In this document: positions 58,563 through 64,000 of the stretch, one piece after another
How positions within the stretch are numbered: position 1 is the stretch's first letter
Layout of the letters: the number at the start of each line of letters is the position of its first letter
Assembly (NCBI GenBank): GCA_038207395.1
Contig: JBBQZW010000001.1
Span: forward strand, 13,530-77,529
DNA from: Minisyncoccia bacterium
Lineage (GTDB): Bacteria; Patescibacteriota; Minisyncoccia; Phycocordibacterales; Phycocordibacteraceae
Length of the DNA stretch: 64,000 bases
Reading direction: 5' to 3'
Translations under genes and position numbers: made by a program
The notes under the pieces: generated by a model
Told to the model about the DNA's origin: nothing
The model's input: only the letters and a program-made list of their open reading frames with translations
Database searches by the model: none

Positions 58563-59033
58563 ATGCGGCATTTCACGCTTGCACTTCTTATTGACGAAGA
58601 ACACCAAACGATTTTGCTGGGCAGAAAAAAGACTGGTGACTATGGTATTGGCACCCTTAACGGACCAGGCGGCTCGTTAGAGGATGGCGAATCGCCTCTT
58701 GAGGGCATAATCCGTGAGACGCGCGAAGAGTTTGGTATTGAACTTGCACTGGATGAAGTGCAGCCCGTTGCAACGCTGACCTGCCATGCTGGTGGTACAC
58801 CAGACGCACTCGTACACGTTTTTATATCCCATAAATGGAGTGGGGCTCCAAAAGAAAGTGACGAGATGATTCCCACCCTAGTTCCCCTATCTGCTATTCC
58901 ATACGAGCATATGCTTGAGGGTGATAGACACTGGATGCCACGTGCACTGAACAAAAATAGCGAACCTTTTTGTGCACATATTTTCTATGCCAACCGAGCA
59001 AGGGGGTTTGTTGGTATTGAGTTTGATGAGTGA
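58563..59033 (+). CDS. NUDIX hydrolase (MTH1/MutT-like)
   Basis: NGPGG..E.GE......RETREEFG, ESDEM.P. Confidence 0.88.
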   Translation: MRHFTLALLIDEEHQTILLGRKKTGDYGIGTLNGPGGSLEDGESPLEGIIRETREEFGIELALDEVQPVATLTCHAGGTPDALVHVFISHKWSGAPKESDEMIPTLVPLSAIPYEHMLEGDRHWMPRALNKNSEPFCAHIFYANRARGFVGIEFDE

Positions 59034-59124
59034 TTCGTGTATTGCTGGCCGTTTGGGACGGCATTCGAACAATTTTGCATAAAAGTTGGCTCTACCAGGA
59101 TTACTTCCGGCAGAGCCAATAATG

Positions 59125-59808
59125 TTATGCAACCGCACCCTTCTTTCGTAAAAGCCTCGGATCAATCTTGCCTTCCCATGGAAGGAAATCATAGGTGGTG
59201 CAAACGAAGAAGTCTCCCTCGTGATCAAATACACTCACCGATGCATTCCTTGGAGTTTTCCACGAATGCCAATCCTCGAGAGTTGAACCGGTTAGCAGCC
59301 GTCTGAGGCACAAACCTGAGATGCCATGGCCGGAAATATAGATCGTCGAATCTGGACTTCCGAGAGTATCAGAATTGAGTAGCTCAGTCAGCCGACTCTC
59401 AACTCCAGTACACGATTCCCCCTCGGGAGCTTGATAGGCATAGTAGCCTACTTCCTTGAGGCGCTCTTCTTCACCAGGGTATTGGGCAAGGACATCGGCA
59501 CGCAGGGTTGTATGCCAGACACCCATGTTCCGTTCGTCGAGGAAGGGACTTTCCGTAAGCATGCTTTCGAAGCCAGCCGCGATGGGTATGGTATGCGTCC
59601 TTAGGAAAGTCGAACAGAATGCCGCGCTAATAGTGGGAAATTCTTCTCGTAGATAGGCGGCAGTGATGTCGCGCTGAAGTTCCCCGACCTGAGTTAGTGG
59701 AGACTCGCGATTCGGAATGCCCGACTGGAGCGCTCCCTCGTGATCCACATTATGTAGGCACTCGGGGTGACGAGTGAAAATAATCCGTTTTGGTAGATGT
59801 CCTAACAT
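59125..59808 (-). CDS. Histidine phosphatase family protein
   Basis: RHP (RHG variant), LDERNMG, PEGES, SGHG. Confidence 0.85.
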   Translation of the reverse strand: MLGHLPKRIIFTRHPECLHNVDHEGALQSGIPNRESPLTQVGELQRDITAAYLREEFPTISAAFCSTFLRTHTIPIAAGFESMLTESPFLDERNMGVWHTTLRADVLAQYPGEEERLKEVGYYAYQAPEGESCTGVESRLTELLNSDTLGSPDSTIYISGHGISGLCLRRLLTGSTLEDWHSWKTPRNASVSVFDHEGDFFVCTTYDFLPWEGKIDPRLLRKKGAVA

Positions 59809-59904
59809 CTCTGTATCCTTTCTAATCCAAGAATACAGTACCTTATCTTATGCAAAACTGCGAGCTGGGTATTTGAGAAAATATTCGAACAAATCTATTC
59901 TTAA

Positions 59905-60546
59905 TTAAAAAGCTGCAAGCTTCTTAAGTTTTGCTCCACAAGTCGTTGTAGTTACTTTTTGGAATTTCGTAATCTCAAATTTAAGGCCCTCAATAGTTTT
60001 CTTTGGTGCATAGAAATATCCCTCGTCTCCATAGAACTGAGTAATACCTGCCCTTTCATTATCAAACTTGGTCTTTGCATCAGTTGTATTCATACCTCCA
60101 CTAACATCTCTTTGGAATTCAATGTGAATATCTCCAAGAAGTTTTTGTGCCGTTTTTGCTCGTTGCTCAGTAGCTACCCATATAAAGTTGTTCTGGCGAT
60201 TAACTAAATCCTCGACGCTACTGCACGAATTGTAAAAATTATTCATTAATTTCAATTCATCTCCATCAAAATCTTTTGCAAAGAGATGTGAATATTTAAT
60301 CCAACTATTTACAGGTAGAACTGAAGGTAAATCTATAGAATTTTCTGAGTTTAGCTGTTCTCGAAGAATTTCGAGTTTTTCTTCGGCGTTTCGAATTTCA
60401 AAAAGAATTGAAACCGCTGCATTTACTTTTTCATCGAGCTTCTGGAGTTTAAAAACTCTTATTGCAAACCAACCGGTTCCAAGGGTAGATGCACCAGCAA
60501 GAACTCCTGCAAATAAGGGTGAATCTATGAGGTGAAGAAAGTCCAT
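59905..60546 (-). CDS. AT-rich hypothetical membrane-anchored protein (island cargo)
   Basis: 213 aa, N-terminal TM, directly 3' of tRNA-Gln. Confidence 0.75.
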   Translation of the reverse strand: MDFLHLIDSPLFAGVLAGASTLGTGWFAIRVFKLQKLDEKVNAAVSILFEIRNAEEKLEILREQLNSENSIDLPSVLPVNSWIKYSHLFAKDFDGDELKLMNNFYNSCSSVEDLVNRQNNFIWVATEQRAKTAQKLLGDIHIEFQRDVSGGMNTTDAKTKFDNERAGITQFYGDEGYFYAPKKTIEGLKFEITKFQKVTTTTCGAKLKKLAAF

Positions 60547-60570
60547 ATTTATTAATTACAAATTAACTAG

Positions 60571-60641
60571 CTGGGGGAGAAGGATTCGAACCTTCATAGA
60601 CGGCACCAAAAACCGTAGTCCTACCCTTAGACGATCCCCCA
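60571..60641 (-). tRNA. tRNA-Gln(TTG)
   Basis: TGGGGGATCGTCTAAGGGTAGGACT-ACGGT TT TTG GT GCCGT-...GGTTCGAATCCTTCTCCCCCAG. Confidence 0.95.
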
Positions 60642-60749
60642 ATTGAACTATCTTGCCGGTAAATAGGATAAACGGCAAGGTGTGTGTTCAGAAAAACTTT
60701 ATATATTCTTTATCTTTTCTTGATGTACCTTGTTCTATACTGCATCCGC

Positions 60750-61043
60750 ATGCAAGAACACTATTTAATTAACGCGCGCATTCGTATACTTAGGGATTCA
60801 CCCAAGAACATTGATTTTCATATTCGTACAGGAGATTATTTCCTGTACGTTGCTACGCTCGTGGGAGCGCTTGAGGAGGCACTCGGACGCGGAGAATACG
60901 CCACACATACTGAGCAGGAACGCGCTATCGCACGTGAACTTCGCAACGACTTACGGTACGTTCATGCGAACTATGAAATACACTCACGTTCACTCGCTGA
61001 TATTCAGATGATTCGCCCGGCGGGTAATCTACTCTCCCGCTAA
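60750..61043 (+). CDS. Hypothetical protein
   Basis: TATACT 8 nt before ATG 60750. Confidence 0.6.
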   Translation: MQEHYLINARIRILRDSPKNIDFHIRTGDYFLYVATLVGALEEALGRGEYATHTEQERAIARELRNDLRYVHANYEIHSRSLADIQMIRPAGNLLSR

Positions 61044-62060
61044 CTCATACACGGCGAGCTCAAGGGGAAGCGCGGGGATAGGTGCAAAGCGCATACGGGA
61101 TGCAGCGTCGAGGAGAACCGCCAAGGTGCGGTGCGTAATCTTTGATTCTTTATTCTCTGCAATCTCCTTGATACCTGCGACGTTCTCCATTCCCTGCTCT
61201 TCAGTTAGTTCTTTCCGGAGTTCAGGAGCATGACGGAAGAGCAGCACGGTGCGTACATACTCAAGGACGAGTGAGAGATAGAGAGGGTATTCAATATTCT
61301 CGTGTGAAAGTGACGTTATAACGCTAAGTGCCTGTTCAGTATTTCCTTCGGAAAGTGCGTGGACAAAGGACTCCACGAGGGCGCGCCTTGGCGCGCCCGT
61401 ACTCTTTTCGGTCTCCGTAAGCGTAATCTTTTTGTCAGGCGAAGCGGCACACACTTTCTCAAGAATGGAGAGTGCGTCACGGTATGAGCCATCCGCTAGA
61501 AGCGCAATAAGATCACTGGCTCCCTGTTCAATTGAAAACCCTTCCTTCTGTGCAACGGTAGAAATAATTGAAACAAGACCTTCTCGGCTTGGTTTTTTGA
61601 ACGTAAAGACTTGGCATCGAGACTGTACCGTTTCAGGAACTTTCTCAAGTTCTGTGGTAGCTAATATGAAAATAGCGTGCGCAGGAGGCTCTTCGAGCGT
61701 CTTTAGAAAGGCATTCCACGCACTCTTTGAAAGCATATGTGCCTCATCCAGAATGTATATTTTATACTTGGACTCAAAGGGAAGCGTGTATACGTTTTCC
61801 GTAAGCTGGCGAATATCCTCCACTGTATTATTTGATGCTGCATCTATTTCGTATATGTCTTTGCCGGAGCTTCCAAGCTCACGTGCAAAGATACGCGCCA
61901 CTGACGTCTTGCCAAGCCCCCGTGAGCCTGCAAACAAATACGCATGCCCCGGAGTTTCTGAGCGTATTTGCTCTCCTAGTGGACGGGTAACTTGCTCCTG
62001 TCCAGCAACGTCAGCAAAGCTTCCAGGGCGATACGCGCGGTACAAAGACTGATGAGCCAT
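61029..62060 (-). CDS. dnaX: DNA polymerase III gamma/tau (short, no Zn module)
   Basis: LYRAYRP, GLGKT, EIDAASN, DEAHML, QSRC. Confidence 0.93.
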   Translation of the reverse strand: MAHQSLYRAYRPGSFADVAGQEQVTRPLGEQIRSETPGHAYLFAGSRGLGKTSVARIFARELGSSGKDIYEIDAASNNTVEDIRQLTENVYTLPFESKYKIYILDEAHMLSKSAWNAFLKTLEEPPAHAIFILATTELEKVPETVQSRCQVFTFKKPSREGLVSIISTVAQKEGFSIEQGASDLIALLADGSYRDALSILEKVCAASPDKKITLTETEKSTGAPRRALVESFVHALSEGNTEQALSVITSLSHENIEYPLYLSLVLEYVRTVLLFRHAPELRKELTEEQGMENVAGIKEIAENKESKITHRTLAVLLDAASRMRFAPIPALPLELAVYELAGE

Positions 62061-62066
62061 ATGTGT

Positions 62067-63044
62067 CTAGTATACCGTACTGTCTTTTGCTCTGCTGAGT
62101 ACGTCTTGAAAGGATTCTAGGGTAGTGGCTTCCATGAGGGCGCCGCGCAGCGGCGCCGAACCATCCCATCCGCTAATAAATGCTTTTACGTGCTTTTTGA
62201 GAATATGGACTGACTTAGCAGGAACCAGTTCACTAAAGTATTCAGTGAGTTTGGTGAGTGCAGCAATCCGTTCTTCTGGCGATATATCTGTTTTATTTCT
62301 TCCGGTAAACAACCACGGATTACCAAATACTGCGCGCCCAAGCATTATCCCATCACACCCATACTGCTCAGTTTTGCTGCGGGCATCGCTCACGTCTTCA
62401 ACATCTCCATTTCCGATAATAAGCGTGTCAGGACTTACCTCATTACGGAGCGTAACAATACGCGGCATGAGATCCCAGTGCGCAGGTACCTTCGACATTT
62501 CTTTACGGGTACGCAAATGCACCGTCAGTGCTTCTGATGTTTCTTCAAGCACAGCACGAATCCAGCCATCAATATCTTCTGTGTTGTACCCTATCCGCGT
62601 CTTTACGGACACCGGTAACCCAGAACTCTTTGCCGCACGAATTATTTCTTTCGCATTCTCTGGGTTTCGCATCATGGCCGCTCCACATCCCTGCTTTTCA
62701 ATTGATTTATCAGGACACCCCATGTTGATATCAACACCGTCAAAGCCAAGCTCACGCGCCAGATTTGCGCCGTACGCCATCATCTCTGGTTTGCTTGAGA
62801 ACAGTTGGGCGACGATGGGGCGTTCAGCTTCCGTGAATTGGAGATCACGCAAAAGGGGATTTACGTCGTCACTCATGATTCCCTTTTCACGGGTGTGATA
62901 GAGGCCATCTGCTGATACAAACTCCGTCCACGTAACGTCTGCGCGCTTATACTCAGCAATAAGTTTCCGGTATGCAGGATCAGTGACATCCGCCATAGGC
63001 GCAAGTACGAAGAACGGTTTTGGGAGTTGTTTCCAGAACGACAT
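62067..63044 (-). CDS. dus: tRNA-dihydrouridine synthase
   Basis: LAPMADVTD, DINMGCP, SVKTRIG, GNGDV. Confidence 0.93.
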   Translation of the reverse strand: MSFWKQLPKPFFVLAPMADVTDPAYRKLIAEYKRADVTWTEFVSADGLYHTREKGIMSDDVNPLLRDLQFTEAERPIVAQLFSSKPEMMAYGANLARELGFDGVDINMGCPDKSIEKQGCGAAMMRNPENAKEIIRAAKSSGLPVSVKTRIGYNTEDIDGWIRAVLEETSEALTVHLRTRKEMSKVPAHWDLMPRIVTLRNEVSPDTLIIGNGDVEDVSDARSKTEQYGCDGIMLGRAVFGNPWLFTGRNKTDISPEERIAALTKLTEYFSELVPAKSVHILKKHVKAFISGWDGSAPLRGALMEATTLESFQDVLSRAKDSTVY

Positions 63045-63122
63045 ATCCGCACTCTAGCGCACCGCTCGCTCATGGACAAATAATCTGGCTAGCACATACT
63101 TATCGTGGAAGGAGTGCAGGTC

Positions 63123-63221
63123 ATGGAAAATCATTTACTTATTCAATTCGTTTTAAGTGTTGGGTTTCTGACAGCTCTGGGGATTGGATTATGGAGAAAC
63201 AGCCGTAAGCGTCGGGACTGA
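63123..63221 (+). CDS. Small single-TM protein, 32 aa (MENHLLIQFVLSVGFLTALGIGLWRNSRKRRD)
   Basis: AAGGAG SD, hydrophobic core plus basic tail, downstream terminator. Confidence 0.6.
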   Translation: MENHLLIQFVLSVGFLTALGIGLWRNSRKRRD

Positions 63222-63241
63222 GACAATGCAAAGACACACAG

Positions 63242-63267
63242 ACAGGAAGCGTTTTCGCTTCCTGTTT
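63242..63267. terminator. Terminator
   Basis: ACAGGAAGCG-tttt-CGCTTCCTGT. Confidence 0.7.
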
Positions 63268-63268
63268 A

Positions 63269-64000
63269 CTATTCTCCGTACTTCTTTACGTATACTTTTC
63301 CAGGGAATCGAAGATCAACATACTGAATACTTCCGTTAGTGAGCGCGAGATTTGAAAGAGAACTTGCTGCAGATGATGCGGCATCGCGCTCATGTCCTAG
63401 TACGTACGTAATGCGCGTTGATTGCCCAATCCAAAGATCTGCCTCGTCACCTCTGATGACGAGTGATGTTATGGGTGCACCAAGTTCGCGAATAGCATTA
63501 ACAAATTTTAGTGCCTCAGGCATTCTTCCGGGTAGTACGAGATGCGCACGGGTAGGTGAATTCCCATTTGTGATATCACGATCTAAAGGACCGTATACCA
63601 GAATTTGTGAGCGATTCTCTACAGGCGCTACTGGCTTGGGTAGTGGAGGGGTAGATGAGCTGGTTGAAGCCACTAGCACTGGTGCCCCTACGGTGTGTGA
63701 GTCTTGTGCAAAAATAAATCCTTCAATATCAGACTGGTAGCAGTAGCCGTCAGGCGATGGAGTACTAAAATCTGTTCCGCACCACAGGAAAGATTGTGCA
63801 CGTGGAGTCGTGTAGATAGATAGAGAAGAGAAGGAGGTTGCAGTAAGAGACACTGCCGATACTTCAGGATTAGCATCTAGTATGGCTGCGCGGATCTTTT
63901 CTTTCGGATAAAATACAATTGAGTTCTTAGGTATGAGGTAGAAATACGAACCAGTCATAGTAATTTGTGCAATATGCTGTACAGCATCGCCTGGTGCACC
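63269..64000 (-). CDS. ftsQ: FtsQ/DivIB-like cell division protein (5' end outside the window)
   Basis: C-terminal YVDLRFPGKVYVK; frame open to the window edge. Confidence 0.7.
   Translation of the reverse strand, partial: GAPGDAVQHIAQITMTGSYFYLIPKNSIVFYPKEKIRAAILDANPEVSAVSLTATSFSSLSIYTTPRAQSFLWCGTDFSTPSPDGYCYQSDIEGFIFAQDSHTVGAPVLVASTSSSTPPLPKPVAPVENRSQILVYGPLDRDITNGNSPTRAHLVLPGRMPEALKFVNAIRELGAPITSLVIRGDEADLWIGQSTRITYVLGHERDAASSAASSLSNLALTNGSIQYVDLRFPGKVYVKKYGE

Noticed and set aside
59125-59808. RHP instead of RHG in the histidine phosphatase as a sign of inactivity
   Set aside because: The catalytic Arg, His, Glu and second His are retained
61432-62898. Long antisense ORFs (206 and 257 aa), and similar ones opposite atp, GH18 and DUF5667
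   Set aside because: Shadow frames of well-supported genes, with no start signals or motifs

Overview
64 kb of a small-genome bacterium. Gene content (streamlined F-ATPase subunits, DUF5671/DUF5667/DUF5663-like proteins, a VirD4-like ATPase, LeuRS with a NUDIX insert, many leaderless genes, standard code 11) points to Patescibacteria/CPR, probably Parcubacteria; this is inferred, not proven. From left to right: the right end of an integrated element (HTH, rolling-circle-type Rep, cargo, att-like scar at about 3.5 kb); a carotenoid cluster (crtE-crtB-crtI plus a lycopene elongase-like prenyltransferase); cytochrome bd (cydAB); tdk; a peroxiredoxin; a SET protein; GH18; egtD; leuS; ychF; the complete atp operon; photolyase; mltG; tRNA-Ala; a degenerate ddl; uvrB-HK-RR-uvrA-uvrC; tgt; FKBP; a VirD4-like ATPase with a large neighbour; PIF1; an ECF sigma/anti-sigma pair; tRNA-Gln; dnaX; dus; and partial ftsQ. 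The most unusual structure is three tRNA 3'-end-like scars (3509, 34680, 59862) that share a +5 nt spacing relative to real tRNAs. Two of them bound single-gene islands behind tRNA-Ala and tRNA-Gln. Also notable are a coherent light/oxygen-tolerance gene set and an unannotated 32-aa membrane protein. All family calls come from motif recognition by eye; no database searches were run.
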